In this document: in pieces, positions 27,534 through 37,840 of the stretch
Numbering within the stretch: the first letter of the stretch is position 1
Layout of the letters: each line of letters opens with the position of its first letter
Assembly: GCA_036558745.1 (NCBI GenBank)
Contig: DATBEZ010000027.1
Location: forward strand, 8,520 to 72,519
DNA from: Acidimicrobiia bacterium
Lineage (GTDB): Bacteria > Actinomycetota > Acidimicrobiia > IMCC26256 > JAMXLJ01
Direction of reading: 5' to 3'
Length of the DNA stretch: 64,000 nt
Made by a program: the position numbers and the translations under genes
The notes under the pieces: model-generated
What the model saw: only the letters and a program-made list of their open reading frames with translations
Told to the model about the DNA's origin: nothing
Databases searched by the model: none

Positions 27534-28344
27534 CCCGCGCCTCGACGACCGCGCGCGCCAGCGGATCCAGCAGCTCGAGCAACGACGCAGGATCGAGCTC
27601 GGTGAAGGGCGCCGCGGCGAGCCTGTCCGTCTCCATCTCGACCCGCTCGCGCGCCTCCAGACCGACGTCAGTGATGCCGCCGTCGCGCCGAAGGAGCCCC
27701 CGCTCCACGAGGCGTGCGGTCGCGGCCGCCCATTCGTCGGCCGACCAGCCCCGGTTGTCGCGCAGCACCTCGATGGGAACCTGACGGTCGGCCGCGAACA
27801 GCACGTGTGCCTCGCAGCCGTCGAGGTCGGCGACGAGGAGCGACGCCACGTGCCCGTCGCCGCGGTGCTCGCGCAACGACGTGCAGTGCTGCCACAGCGC
27901 GGCGACCGGATCGGCCGGCAGTGGTACGGCCTGGTTCGCCGCGAACAGTGGACGACCCGACGCCGAGCCCTCGTCGACCGCGCGCTCGAGTGACGCGTTT
28001 GCCGCACCGGCGACGCGCTCCATGTCGGAGGACACCGCGCGCAACGCGCGGGCCGCGGCATCGGCACGTGTGGCGACGAGGTCGTCGGGCGAGGCGTACC
28101 GCCACGCGTCCGGGATCGACCGCCCGACCATGGCGGGCGCGAAGTTGAAGAACGTCGCCTCCACCGCGGCCGCCCCGACCGCGCCGAGCGGCGCGGCCCG
28201 GAAGCCGAAGTACCCCATCCAGAAGCCCTTGAGCCCGGCGCCGGTCGCGGCCTCGCGCGACTCGGCCGAGAAGTAGGTCACGGCGTGGATCGTCTCGACC
28301 CGCACCCACAACGCACGGGCCCAGCCTGGTGTCCCGGCCGTCAC
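27469..28344 (-). CDS. hypothetical protein (helical; C-terminal winged-helix-like segment)
   Basis: 291-aa high-GC3 ORF. WVRVETIHAVTYFSAESREA...GFWMGYFGFRAAPLG. I vaguely recall this pattern from SCO6745-like actinobacterial proteins; not verified. Confidence 0.6.
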   Translation of the reverse strand: MTAGTPGWARALWVRVETIHAVTYFSAESREAATGAGLKGFWMGYFGFRAAPLGAVGAAAVEATFFNFAPAMVGRSIPDAWRYASPDDLVATRADAAARALRAVSSDMERVAGAANASLERAVDEGSASGRPLFAANQAVPLPADPVAALWQHCTSLREHRGDGHVASLLVADLDGCEAHVLFAADRQVPIEVLRDNRGWSADEWAAATARLVERGLLRRDGGITDVGLEARERVEMETDRLAAAPFTELDPASLLELLDPLARAVVEARVIPFPNPMGLPSVHAPTDASA

Positions 28345-28436
28345 CGGCGGATCTCGGAGTCACGGCAGCTCAACACTCGGTGAATCGTCGCGCCGATGGC
28401 CAAGCCGGCGCCGTCCCGAGCACGTAGCGTTCGGGT

Positions 28437-29918
28437 ATGGCAGGTGAGATCTCACGTCGCGCGTTCTCGACCGGTGTCGCCGCAGGCCTCGGCCTCCTCG
28501 CCACGGGATGTCGCTTCTTTCCCGGCGGGCCCGGCGCCGGGTCCGGTGGCAGGCGGCCGGGGAGGCGCATCCGCCAGCCCGGCGACCGTCCCGACGCCCG
28601 CCGCCCCGAGGGCACCGACCTGCTCCCGGGCATCGAGCACATCGTCATCTACATGCAGGAGAACCACTCCTACGACTCCTACCTCGGTGCGCTGCGACAC
28701 GGTGACGGGTACCAGTTCCGGCGCGGCGTCCCGGTCAACGCCAACCCCGACCCGAACGGCCAGCTCCTGCGCGTGTTCCACGCGCCCGACACGTGCCAGA
28801 GCGGCCGCGGTGTGTCGCAGTCGTGGAGCTCGACCCACACCCAGATCGACAGCGGCCGTATGGACGGCTTCCTGCGCGACGGCAACACGAACGCGATGCG
28901 CTACTGGGACCGCTCCGACATCCCGTTCTACTGGTCGCTCGCCGAGACGTTCCCGGTCTGCGACCGTTGGTTCGCGTCCGCGCCCGCGCAGACGTACCCG
29001 AACCGGCTGTACCTCCAGGCCGCGACGTGCCAGGACCTCATCTCGACCGACACCGCGAAGGTCGTCGCGATGCCGCGACCGGCGGGCGGGACGATCTGGG
29101 AGAAGCTGAGCCAGTTCGGCATCTCGTGGATCGACTATGCGTTCGACCTCCCCGACATCGCGCTGTTCCCGTACCTGTTCACCGCGAACCGCGACAAGGT
29201 GCGGAACTTCCCGCAGTTCCTTGCCGACTGTCGAAGCGGCGCGCTCCCGCAGGTGTCGATCGTGAGCCCCGGCGTGACCCGCTACAGCGAGGAGAATCCG
29301 GCCGACGTCCAGCTGGGCGAGGCCTACAGCTCGTCGATCATCAACGCGGTGATGCACAGCCCCGCGTGGCCCAAGACCGTGTTGCTGTTCATGTACGACG
29401 AGCACGGCGGCTACTACGACCACGTCCCGCCCCCGCCCGCGATCCCGCCCGACGACATCGCGCCCGCGGTGGCGCCGGCACCGGGCGCGCCGGCGGCGTG
29501 GAACATCTACGGCATCCGCGTGCCCGCGTACGTGATCTCGCCGTTCTCGAAGCGCCACTACGTGTCCCACGTCGTGCACGACCACACGTCCGTGCTGCGC
29601 TTCATCGAGACCAAGTTCAACCTCGGCGCGCTCACGCGCCGCGACGCGAACGCGTCCAACCTGCTCGACTGCCTCCAGCTCCACGGGCGACCGCCGTTCC
29701 TCGACCCGCCGGAGCTCGCGGCCCCCGGCCTGCCCGCGACGGGGAGCCGGTGCACGCCCGACGTCCCACCCCCGCCGACCGAAGCCACCGTCGCCGCGAC
29801 CGCGACGCCTGCCGTGGCCACGGTGACCGCGCACGGCACCGCCGCGCCGGTCGGCTCGGCTCGCTACGAGCGCCAGAAGCTGCTCGAGCACGTGGTCGGG
29901 ACCGGTCACCTGGTCTGA
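28437..29918 (+). CDS. phosphoesterase family protein (phospholipase C / acid phosphatase AcpA family), Tat-signal lipoprotein
   Basis: SRRAFSTGVAAGLGLLATGC (twin-Arg plus lipobox). IEHIVIYMQENHSYDSYLG...LFMYDEHGGYYDHVPPP...VPAYVISPFSK. Confidence 0.9.
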   Translation: MAGEISRRAFSTGVAAGLGLLATGCRFFPGGPGAGSGGRRPGRRIRQPGDRPDARRPEGTDLLPGIEHIVIYMQENHSYDSYLGALRHGDGYQFRRGVPVNANPDPNGQLLRVFHAPDTCQSGRGVSQSWSSTHTQIDSGRMDGFLRDGNTNAMRYWDRSDIPFYWSLAETFPVCDRWFASAPAQTYPNRLYLQAATCQDLISTDTAKVVAMPRPAGGTIWEKLSQFGISWIDYAFDLPDIALFPYLFTANRDKVRNFPQFLADCRSGALPQVSIVSPGVTRYSEENPADVQLGEAYSSSIINAVMHSPAWPKTVLLFMYDEHGGYYDHVPPPPAIPPDDIAPAVAPAPGAPAAWNIYGIRVPAYVISPFSKRHYVSHVVHDHTSVLRFIETKFNLGALTRRDANASNLLDCLQLHGRPPFLDPPELAAPGLPATGSRCTPDVPPPPTEATVAATATPAVATVTAHGTAAPVGSARYERQKLLEHVVGTGHLV

Positions 29919-29991
29919 CCCGGGCGCGGGCCGCCCGGGCGCGGATTGAGACGGGCGAGGCGGCGGGCAAACCACCCGAGGGGAAACCTTC

Positions 29992-31530
29992 GTGCGGGGA
30001 GCCGTGGGCACGACGTCGAGACCGCAGGAGCACCGGGCGCGAACCCGTCGCGAGCGACCGCAACGCGCCGCGCCCGAGCGCGGCATCCCGCTCGCCCGCC
30101 ACCTCCCGGCACCTCTGCGCACGCGCGTCCGGCGTGCCACGCGCACCCTCGGGGGCGTCGCGACCGCAGAGACCGTCGTGCTGCTCGCGCTCGTCCTTGC
30201 GCTCGACAGCGCGGACCGCGCGTCGCTGGGCGCGCTGGCACCGGGCATCCGGTCCAGCTTCCACATCTCCAACACCCAGCTGGGCCTGCTCGCCTCCGCG
30301 TTCAGCATCGTCGGTGGCCTGGCCACCGTTCCCGTCGGGGCACTGACCGACCGCGTCCATCGGGTCCGCCTGCTCACCGCCAGCATCGTGATCTGGAGCG
30401 CGGCGATGGTCGCGTCGGGTCTCGCGGTCACCTTCCTCATGCTGTTCGCGGCGCGGCTGCTCCTCGGTGTGGTGACCGCGACCGGCGGACCCACCGTCGC
30501 GTCGCTGACCGGCGACCTGTATCCGCCGAGCGAGCGCGGCCGGACACTGTCCTGGATCCGCAGCGGTGAGCTCGTCGGCGCCGGGTTCGGCTTCCTGCTC
30601 GCGGGAGGCGTCGCGGTCCTGTTCGGCTGGCGCGGTGTGTTCGTCATCCTCGCCGTCGTCGGACTGCTCGTGGCGCGTGGCGCGACCCGGCTCCCTGAGC
30701 CACCGCGTGGCGCGCAGGGAGGAGCGGGCACGGCCCGTTCACCCCGTGACGAAGCGCGACGCGGTGACGTCACCGGCCAGCTCGTGCACGAGTCCGACAT
30801 CGGGATCGACGAGACGACGATCGTTCGTGACGACCCCTCGGAACAGTCGTTGTGGTGGGCGGCGCGCTACGTGCTCCGCGTGCGCACGAACGTGATCGTC
30901 ATCGTGGCGTCGTCGATCGGCGACTTCTTCTTCGCCGGTCTCCAGCTCTTCGCGGTGGAGTTCGTGATCCACCAGTACGGCATCGGCAAGTACACCGCGA
31001 CGGTGCTGATCCCCGTGGTCGGCATCGGCGCGCTCACGGGGATGCTCGTCTCCGGACGGATCACCGACCGCCTCCTCGAGCGCGGCCACCTGAACGCGCG
31101 CATCGCGGTGAGCGCGTGGAGCTTCATCCTCGGCGCCGCGCTGCTCGTCCCGGCGTTCCTGAGCCGCTCCCTCTATCTCGCGCTCCCGCTCTTCGTGCTC
31201 GGTGGCGCGTGCCTCGCTGCGCCCAACCCACCGATGGACGCGGCACGCCTCGACGTGATCGACCCGCGGCTGTGGGGACGCGCGGAGGGCATACGCACGC
31301 TGTTCCGCATCCTGGCGCAGGCTCTGGCGCCGATCACGTTCGGTCTCCTCGCCGACGCGCTCGGCGGGGGCCGCGACCAGGGTCTGCAGCTCGCCTTCCT
31401 GCTCATGACGCCCACGCTCGTCGCCAACGGCCTGGTCCTGCTCCTGGCGCTGCGGACCTACCCGCGCGACGTCGCGTCCGCGCAGGCGTCGGCGGACAAC
31501 GTCGGGGCGAACATGGGTGACGGGCGATGA
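29992..31530 (+). CDS. MFS transporter
   Basis: 12-14 predicted helices. LGLLASAFSIVGGLATVPVGALTDRVHR (MFS motif A-like). GTG 29992 with an Arg-rich ~55-aa N-terminal extension; start uncertain. Confidence 0.85.
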   Translation: MRGAVGTTSRPQEHRARTRRERPQRAAPERGIPLARHLPAPLRTRVRRATRTLGGVATAETVVLLALVLALDSADRASLGALAPGIRSSFHISNTQLGLLASAFSIVGGLATVPVGALTDRVHRVRLLTASIVIWSAAMVASGLAVTFLMLFAARLLLGVVTATGGPTVASLTGDLYPPSERGRTLSWIRSGELVGAGFGFLLAGGVAVLFGWRGVFVILAVVGLLVARGATRLPEPPRGAQGGAGTARSPRDEARRGDVTGQLVHESDIGIDETTIVRDDPSEQSLWWAARYVLRVRTNVIVIVASSIGDFFFAGLQLFAVEFVIHQYGIGKYTATVLIPVVGIGALTGMLVSGRITDRLLERGHLNARIAVSAWSFILGAALLVPAFLSRSLYLALPLFVLGGACLAAPNPPMDAARLDVIDPRLWGRAEGIRTLFRILAQALAPITFGLLADALGGGRDQGLQLAFLLMTPTLVANGLVLLLALRTYPRDVASAQASADNVGANMGDGR

Positions 31531-31560
31531 GTTCCGCGGCCCGGGTCGGTCGTCACGGTC

Positions 31561-32109
31561 ATGGACGCGACGAACCTGGCCGACCTCTACCACCTTCCCC
31601 TGCTCGACTGGGCGCCGATCGGGGCCCGGCTCGACGAGGGACTGACCCAGGCACCCGACACCGGCGGCCCGAACCGTCACACGTGCTGGCTGGCCACGAT
31701 CGACCGTGACGGGCGCCCGCACGTCACCGGCGTCGGGGCGCTCTGGACCGACGGTGCCTTCTGGTTCGAGACCGGCGACGGCACCCGCAAGGCGCGGAAC
31801 CTCGCGCGCGACCCGCGTTGCACGCTGAGCGTCTCGGCACACGACTTCGACCTCGTGGTCGAAGGCGAGGCCCATCAGGTGACCGATCCCCCGACGGTCG
31901 CCGCGATGGCCGCTCGGTGGGCAGCCGGAGGTTGGCCCGCGCGCGTCGACGAGACGGGTCGCGCGCTCACCGCGGACTTCAGCGCGCCGTCCGCCGGTCC
32001 GCCGCCGTGGTTCGTCTATCGCCTCACACCGTCGAGCGCGACCGCGCTGTCGACGGTCGAGCCCGGTGGCGCGACACGCTGGCGCTTCACCGCCGAGCGG
32101 TCCGGCTGA
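31561..32109 (+). CDS. pyridoxamine 5'-phosphate oxidase-like (FMN/F420-binding split-barrel) protein
   Basis: CWLATIDRDGRPHVTGVGALWTDGAFWFETGDGTRKARNLARDPRCTLSV. Confidence 0.8.
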   Translation: MDATNLADLYHLPLLDWAPIGARLDEGLTQAPDTGGPNRHTCWLATIDRDGRPHVTGVGALWTDGAFWFETGDGTRKARNLARDPRCTLSVSAHDFDLVVEGEAHQVTDPPTVAAMAARWAAGGWPARVDETGRALTADFSAPSAGPPPWFVYRLTPSSATALSTVEPGGATRWRFTAERSG

Positions 32110-32115
32110 GCACGA

Positions 32116-33732
32116 TCACGCGGGGTTGAGGCCCGCCGCAACCGGCAGCTCGACGTGCACGGCGTCGAACTCGATCTGGCCGCCCAGGCGCGGCTGCGCG
32201 TACGCAACCGTCGTCGGGACGAGCTGCAGCGTGAGCCGGGATCCGGGACGGGCCGCGAAGGCGATGATCTCGAGCGGGACCGTCGCGGTGTGCGTCTGGC
32301 CGTCGAGCGTGAGCGCGACCGGCGTGATCTGGTTCCCGACGACGATGCCGGTGGCGTCGTCGACGACCTGCGCGAACACCGCAGTCGGACGTTCGCCGGC
32401 GGGCGCGGTGCCGCGGTAGGTGATGCGCAGTTGCGGCGCGCCGACGACGACCGCCGCCCGTGATCCCGCGGCGATGTCGACGTCGAGCGCGTTCGACGCG
32501 CGCCCCGGTGTGATGATCCCGGCGACGCTCGCGAGCGGGTCGCGGCTCGTGGACGTGTTCGCCGGGCCCGACCCGCCCGTCGCGACCAGGTTCAACGTGC
32601 CGTGGCCGTCACCGACGAGCGGAGCGCCGGTCGGCAGCGGATAGTCGGCCGCGGTGTAGCGGACACCGTTCTGGTCGATGAACGCGAACTTCGCCACGGT
32701 GGCGACCGACTGGTCGCGCTGGACGTACCGCGCCAGCCACGCCAGCGTCGCCTGCGCGACCGTCGTCGGGTCACCGGGGTTGGTGAGGCACACGCCGTGA
32801 CCGCCGCAGGTCCACAGCATCGCGGTCGGAACGCCGGTGCGCTTCACGAGGTCGTAGTTGGTCACGGCCTCCTGGAGCGTGAACAGGTTGTCGGACTCGC
32901 CCTGCACGAACAGCGTCGGGACACGGATCTGGCTCACCGCGTCGCCCGGTCCACGTTGCGCGAACCAGTCCACGTCGACCGGGTCGACCGTGCCGTGCGT
33001 GTTCGCGTACGCGTTGCCGGCGGTGATGTGCGGATCGAGCGAGTGGCCACGGGCCGCCGCGTACAGCAGTGTCGACCAGCCGGCCTTGTACACACCGTTC
33101 TTCGCGAGGCTCGTCGTCAACGAGTGCCACGCCCACGACGGGACGATCGCGTCGACCCGGCAGTCGATCGGCGCGGTCGTGAGCTGGATCCCACCGCCGT
33201 ACGACACACCCAGCATGCCGAGCCGGGGGTCACGCGTGCCGTCGAGCTGCACACCGGGCTGCGCGGCGACCCAGTCGATGATGCGCTGGACGTCGCGGCC
33301 CTCGAAGGCCGGGCTGTCGACCTCGATGGTGCCGCCCGAGCGCCCGAAGCCGCGCGGGTCCCACGTGAGCACGTTGTAGCCCGCGTTCTGGAGCGTCCGG
33401 ATGGAGAGCGATCCCGGGACACCCGCCGTCCTCGTGTTGGTGTCACCGGCCATGCCCCAGCCCGGACCCATGAGCAGCGTCGGCGCGGTGGAGCGCCCCT
33501 GGATCGGGAACCAGTGCACCCGGATCTTCGTGCCGTCGAACGAGGTCAGGTCGCGATCGCTCGCCACCCCGGCGACCGGAGTCGACACCGGTACCGCGGG
33601 ATCGGCGGCGGGCGGCCGGCAGCCGGCGTTCGTGGTCGTCGCCGGCTTCCGTGCCGCGGCGGCCTTCCCGGAGCTGGAGCAGCCCGCCGCGACGAGGACG
33701 ACCGCGGCCAGGAGCGCAGGCAGCGCTCGCAT
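32116..33732 (-). CDS. secreted alpha/beta hydrolase lipoprotein, CocE/NonD / X-Pro dipeptidyl-peptidase (S15)-like
   Basis: ATG 33732. MRALPALLAAVVLVAAGC lipobox. LLMGPGWG...WDPRGFGRSGG...GMLGVSYGGG (GxSxG). C-terminal beta-sandwich-like region. The upstream part of the 854-aa tracked ORF is a shadow of the LLM gene. Confidence 0.8.
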   Translation of the reverse strand: MRALPALLAAVVLVAAGCSSSGKAAAARKPATTTNAGCRPPAADPAVPVSTPVAGVASDRDLTSFDGTKIRVHWFPIQGRSTAPTLLMGPGWGMAGDTNTRTAGVPGSLSIRTLQNAGYNVLTWDPRGFGRSGGTIEVDSPAFEGRDVQRIIDWVAAQPGVQLDGTRDPRLGMLGVSYGGGIQLTTAPIDCRVDAIVPSWAWHSLTTSLAKNGVYKAGWSTLLYAAARGHSLDPHITAGNAYANTHGTVDPVDVDWFAQRGPGDAVSQIRVPTLFVQGESDNLFTLQEAVTNYDLVKRTGVPTAMLWTCGGHGVCLTNPGDPTTVAQATLAWLARYVQRDQSVATVAKFAFIDQNGVRYTAADYPLPTGAPLVGDGHGTLNLVATGGSGPANTSTSRDPLASVAGIITPGRASNALDVDIAAGSRAAVVVGAPQLRITYRGTAPAGERPTAVFAQVVDDATGIVVGNQITPVALTLDGQTHTATVPLEIIAFAARPGSRLTLQLVPTTVAYAQPRLGGQIEFDAVHVELPVAAGLNPA

Positions 33733-33797
33733 CGATGAGGTGTGGCCCACCCTGACCCGTACGTCCACGTCGTCCCCTGGGATTGCCCGCGTGCTGC

Positions 33798-34628
33798 TCA
33801 ACCGACCAGACCGACGATACGCGCGAGTCGCTCCATCGACACCAGCCACGCGTCGGGATCCGTTCGCCACGGCGCCGCGACGACGTGCTGGATCCCGGCC
33901 GACTCGAACGCGTCGCGCTCCGTTGCGATCTCGTCGGGATCCATCCCCTGCGGGTCCCAACCGGTGCGCAGCGAGATCGTGAAGGTCGACGGGTCGGGAT
34001 GGTCGCGGCGCAGGCGCGCGATCGGATCCACCACGGTGTCGGGCTTCAGCCCGATGAGCTGGAAGCCCCGTCCGACGCGGGCCGCGCGCCGGTACGCGGC
34101 CTCGCTGCCGCCCGCCATCCACAGCTCGATCGGATGCGACGGCTTGGGCAGCACGCGCAGCTCGTCGAACGCGTAGAACTCGCCGTGGTACGTCGTCGGG
34201 TCGGTCGTCCAGCACGCGTGCAGCACGTCGAGGATCTCGTCGGTGCGCTTCCCGCGGGTGTGGAAGTCCTGACCGAGCGCGGTGAACTCGGCCTCGCTCC
34301 AGCCGACCCCGATCCCCAGCTTCAGGCGGCCGCCGCTCAGGTTGTCGAGCGACGCCGTGGCGTTGGCCAGCCACAAGGGTTGGTGCTGGCTCGCGACCAG
34401 CACGCTCGTGCCGAGCCCGATGCGCTCGGTCGCCGCGGCCGCCCACGCGAGGCTCAACAACGGGTCGAACAGGTACGGCGACGGGTAGCCCTGCGACGCG
34501 GGCTGGACGACATGGTCGCTCACCCACACGTCGTCGAACCCGACCTCTTCGGCGAGGCGCGCCGCGCGCGTGATCGCGTCGGCCCCGGCGGCGCGACCGA
34601 ACTGGGGAAGATGGATGCCATAGCGCAC
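33798..34628 (-). CDS. LLM-class F420-dependent (luciferase-like) oxidoreductase
   Basis: VRYGIHLPQFG...GFDDVWVSDHV...LGTSVLVA...LSGGRLKLGIGVGWSEAEF. GTG 34628 chosen. Confidence 0.85.
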   Translation of the reverse strand: MRYGIHLPQFGRAAGADAITRAARLAEEVGFDDVWVSDHVVQPASQGYPSPYLFDPLLSLAWAAAATERIGLGTSVLVASQHQPLWLANATASLDNLSGGRLKLGIGVGWSEAEFTALGQDFHTRGKRTDEILDVLHACWTTDPTTYHGEFYAFDELRVLPKPSHPIELWMAGGSEAAYRRAARVGRGFQLIGLKPDTVVDPIARLRRDHPDPSTFTISLRTGWDPQGMDPDEIATERDAFESAGIQHVVAAPWRTDPDAWLVSMERLARIVGLVG

Positions 34629-34720
34629 GGCGGGAGTCTCGCGCCCGACGCGCCGGCCGAGACACGCGGCGATGGACCACCCCGAGGACGAGGACACCGG
34701 CGACATGGAAGAGTGTCGCC

Positions 34721-35668
34721 GTGCCGTACGCCTTCGACCCCGAGCTCGCGCCGTTCGTGGACCTGCTGCCTCAGGGCGAGATGACCGACGTGACCAAGGC
34801 CCGTGCCGACATCATCGGGCTCGTCGCGTCACTCAACGACGCGGTCGACACGACTGGCGTGACGATGACCGACCACGAGGTGTCGTCCGGTGGCGTGACC
34901 GTGCCGGTCAGGGTCTACTCCCCCGCGTCGCCGCCTCCGGCCGGGGGACGGCCCGCGCTGCTCGACATCCACGGCGGCGGGTTCGTCGTCGGTTCGATCG
35001 ACATGGAGCACGCGTTCGCGACACATGTCGCACGCGAGCTCGGCGCGGTGGTCGCGACCCCCGAGTACCGCCTCGCGCCCGAGCATCCGTTCCCGGCCGG
35101 TGTCGACGACTGCTACGCGACGCTCCGCTGGCTCCACGAGGATGCCGCGTCGCTCGGGATCGACACCGCACGTATCGCGGTCGGCGGCCAGAGCGCGGGC
35201 GGCGGGTTGGCCGCGGCGATCGCGCTGCTCGCGCGCGACCGGGGTGGCCCGCGCCTGTGCTTCCAGTTCCTCGGCATCCCCGAGCTCGATCACCGGCTCA
35301 CGACGACGAGCATGCGGACGTTCGTCGACACACCGCTCTGGCACCGCCCGAACGCGGAGCTGAGCTGGCGCTACTACCTCGGCGACGACACGGGCGACGT
35401 ATCTCCGTACGCCTCCCCGGCCATCGCGCCCGACGTGAGTGGCCTCCCACCCGCGTACGTCACCACGATGGAGTTCGACCCGCTGCGCGACGAAGGGATC
35501 CTGTACGCGCTGCGCATGATGGAAGCGGGCGTCTCGGTGGAGCTCCACACCTTCCCGGGCACCTTCCACGGCTCGGGTGTCATGACGACCGCGGCGGTGT
35601 CGCGCCGCGCCCAGGCCGAGCTCATGGAAGCCCTCCGGCGCGGGCTCGGAGTCGCGAAGGACCGCTGA
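34721..35668 (+). CDS. alpha/beta hydrolase, hormone-sensitive-lipase-like esterase
   Basis: LLDIHGGGFVVGS (HGGG oxyanion motif), VGGQSAGGGLAA (GxSxG), DPLRDEG. Confidence 0.9.
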   Translation: MPYAFDPELAPFVDLLPQGEMTDVTKARADIIGLVASLNDAVDTTGVTMTDHEVSSGGVTVPVRVYSPASPPPAGGRPALLDIHGGGFVVGSIDMEHAFATHVARELGAVVATPEYRLAPEHPFPAGVDDCYATLRWLHEDAASLGIDTARIAVGGQSAGGGLAAAIALLARDRGGPRLCFQFLGIPELDHRLTTTSMRTFVDTPLWHRPNAELSWRYYLGDDTGDVSPYASPAIAPDVSGLPPAYVTTMEFDPLRDEGILYALRMMEAGVSVELHTFPGTFHGSGVMTTAAVSRRAQAELMEALRRGLGVAKDR

Positions 35669-35722
35669 TCCGCCGCCCGCCCCGGGACGAAGAGCTTGCG
35701 GTTGCCCCGGGAGGGACGTGCG

Positions 35723-36127
35723 ATGGACGACCTGCGGATGCTCCGGCGTCGGTTCGACGAAGAGGTGGTCAACGGACGGGATCTCGACGCGGTCCCGGAC
35801 TGGTTCACCGACGACTACGTCGATCATGTCGACATCCCCGGCCTGCCGCCGGGCGTCGAAGGCGTCGTCGCCCGTCACCGCATGCTCATCACCGCGATGC
35901 CCGACCTCCACGTGGAGGTTCACGAGGTGATCGCGCAGGGCGACACGACCGCAGCGCGCTTCACCGTCACCGGCACCGACACCGGCGGCTTCATGGGCAT
36001 GCCGGCGACCGGGAAGGCCGTCAGCGTCACCGGGATGGACTTCATGCGCTTCCGCGACGGTCGCATCAGCGAGCACTGGGGCGAGATGGACATGATGGGC
36101 CTGCTCCAACAGCTCGGCGTCGCCTGA
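35723..36127 (+). CDS. SnoaL-like ester/polyketide cyclase family protein
   Basis: ATG 35723 after GGGAGGG. FTDDYVDH...DTTAARFTVTGTDTGGFMGMPATGKAVSVTGMDFMRFRDGRISEHWGEMD. Confidence 0.85.
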   Translation: MDDLRMLRRRFDEEVVNGRDLDAVPDWFTDDYVDHVDIPGLPPGVEGVVARHRMLITAMPDLHVEVHEVIAQGDTTAARFTVTGTDTGGFMGMPATGKAVSVTGMDFMRFRDGRISEHWGEMDMMGLLQQLGVA

Positions 36128-36259
36128 ACGGGCGGAGTATCACGTCGACGTGGCCCGGCGACAGCACAACGTGAGCGAGCGGCGCACTCGAGGTCGTCTG
36201 ACGATCGCACCCCGCTCGCCGACTCGGTACCGTGGCGTTCCGTCGGTGGGAGGAGGCTG

Positions 36260-37840
36260 GTGGCGACCGAGACGGCAACGCGGCGATCCCTGGGGATCCC
36301 TCTGAGCGTCCCGCAGTTCGCGGCGCTCGTCTGCGCGGTCGGGATCCTCTACGCGCTCGGCGCCGAGAGCGCGTTCTGGTTCGCAGGGTCGGTCGAGACC
36401 GGGGTGGCCTTCTTCCCCGCCGCCGGTCTGACGCTCGCGGTCCTCGCCGTCACCAAGCGCAACCGTTGGATCTTCGTGCTCACCGCGGTCGCGGTGGCCG
36501 AGGTCACGGTCGATCTCCGCCACGGCCAGACCGTGTGGATGGCGCTCGGGTTCGCCCTCGCGAACACGGCCGAGCCGTACGTGGGCGCCTCGCTGCTGCG
36601 CGGGACCGCCCTTCGCGAGCGGTCGTTGCGCGCCCACTTCTTCCACTACCTCCTGTGCGCGACGGTCGCCGGGCCGCTCGTCGGGGGCGCCATCGGCGGC
36701 GCCACCACGACCCTCGCGGGTACCTCGGAGACCTGGGCCTGGATCGCGACCAAGTGGGCCATCGGCGACGCGCTCGGCGTGCTCGTCATCGGGACCTGTC
36801 TGCTCTCCTGGGTCGGCCGGTTCCGGTTCAACGTCGATCCGACCGTGCCGTGGCGCGACTACGTCGCGTTCCCGCTCCTCGCGGGCGCGGTCACGGTGAC
36901 CACCGTCCTGCTCTGGGATCAGCCCGTCATCTACATCGTGCTGCCGGTGTTGATGTGGGCCGCGGTTCGCGGCGGCTTCTCGCTGACGACGACGACCGGC
37001 GTCGCGGTCGCGCTCGTCGCCGAGTTCGCGGTTGCGTTCGGCCACGCCGGGAACGCCGTCATCCCTGACCACTCGGCCGCGACGCAGCTCCTCTACCTCC
37101 AGCTCTTCCTGGCGGTGGCGCTGCTCTCGGCGCTGGTCCTCGCCCTTGAGGTCGCCGAGCGGATCGGGGCGGAGCGTGCGTTGCGCAAGCGCGAGGAGGA
37201 GCAGCTGCTCGAGCGACTCGCCGCGCTGGACGGCGCGCTCGACGAGCGTCGCCGCATCGCACGCGACGTGCACGACATCGTCGGTCACGCGCTGAACGCC
37301 GTCGTCCTCCAGGCCGGCGGAGCGCGGCGCGTGTTCGACGACGATCCGCCGCTCGCGCGCGAGTTGGTCCAGTCGATCGAGACGACGAGTCGCGACGCTT
37401 TCGGAGACCTCGACGCCGCGCTGGGACTCGTCGACAACTCCCCCGAGCTGACCCCGGGTCGCTCCATCGCCGACGTCGCCTCGCTCATCGACACCCTGCG
37501 CCACGCCGGGCTCGACGTCGACCTCACGATCGGCGGCGATCGTCGCGCGCTGCCTCGACTCGTCGAGTGGTCCGCTTACCGGATCGTGCAGGAGGCGCTC
37601 ACCAACGTGCTCAAGCACGTCGACCGCGGCCGGGCCAATGTCTGCATCGCGTACGAGCTCGACACACTCGCGGTCGCGATCGTCAACGACGGTCACACCC
37701 GCAACGGCAAGCTGAAGAACGGCCGCGGCGTGATCGGCATGCGCGAGCGTGCATCCGTGCTCGGCGGCAGCATCGAGATCGGGCCGGACGCGAACGGGGG
37801 CTTCGCCGTGAAGGCGCGCATACCGATCGGCCAGCCGTGA
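36260..37840 (+). CDS. sensor histidine kinase (MASE1-like membrane domain, HisKA_3, HATPase_c)
   Basis: ~300 aa of MASE1-like helices, then ERRRIARDVHDIVGHAL (HisKA_3 H-box) and NVLKHV...NGRGVIGMRERASVLGG. Confidence 0.85.
   Translation: MATETATRRSLGIPLSVPQFAALVCAVGILYALGAESAFWFAGSVETGVAFFPAAGLTLAVLAVTKRNRWIFVLTAVAVAEVTVDLRHGQTVWMALGFALANTAEPYVGASLLRGTALRERSLRAHFFHYLLCATVAGPLVGGAIGGATTTLAGTSETWAWIATKWAIGDALGVLVIGTCLLSWVGRFRFNVDPTVPWRDYVAFPLLAGAVTVTTVLLWDQPVIYIVLPVLMWAAVRGGFSLTTTTGVAVALVAEFAVAFGHAGNAVIPDHSAATQLLYLQLFLAVALLSALVLALEVAERIGAERALRKREEEQLLERLAALDGALDERRRIARDVHDIVGHALNAVVLQAGGARRVFDDDPPLARELVQSIETTSRDAFGDLDAALGLVDNSPELTPGRSIADVASLIDTLRHAGLDVDLTIGGDRRALPRLVEWSAYRIVQEALTNVLKHVDRGRANVCIAYELDTLAVAIVNDGHTRNGKLKNGRGVIGMRERASVLGGSIEIGPDANGGFAVKARIPIGQP

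Noticed and set aside
28452-30800. 782-aa minus-strand ORF (other very long antisense ORFs include 15893..18151-, 38432..40441-, 46527..48470+, 51565..53652+ N-terminal part and 1564..2829+).
   Set aside because: The translations are Arg/Ala/Gly/Pro-rich low-complexity with no motifs. They lie exactly antisense or out of frame to genes with clear family signatures. These are the typical shadow ORFs of a ~70% GC genome.
32116-34680. Single 854-aa ORF that suggests one giant protein.
   Set aside because: Only the C-terminal 538 aa (from ATG 33732, with lipobox signal peptide) look like a real hydrolase. The upstream 316 aa are Arg-rich and overlap the well-supported LLM gene (33798-34628) in another frame.
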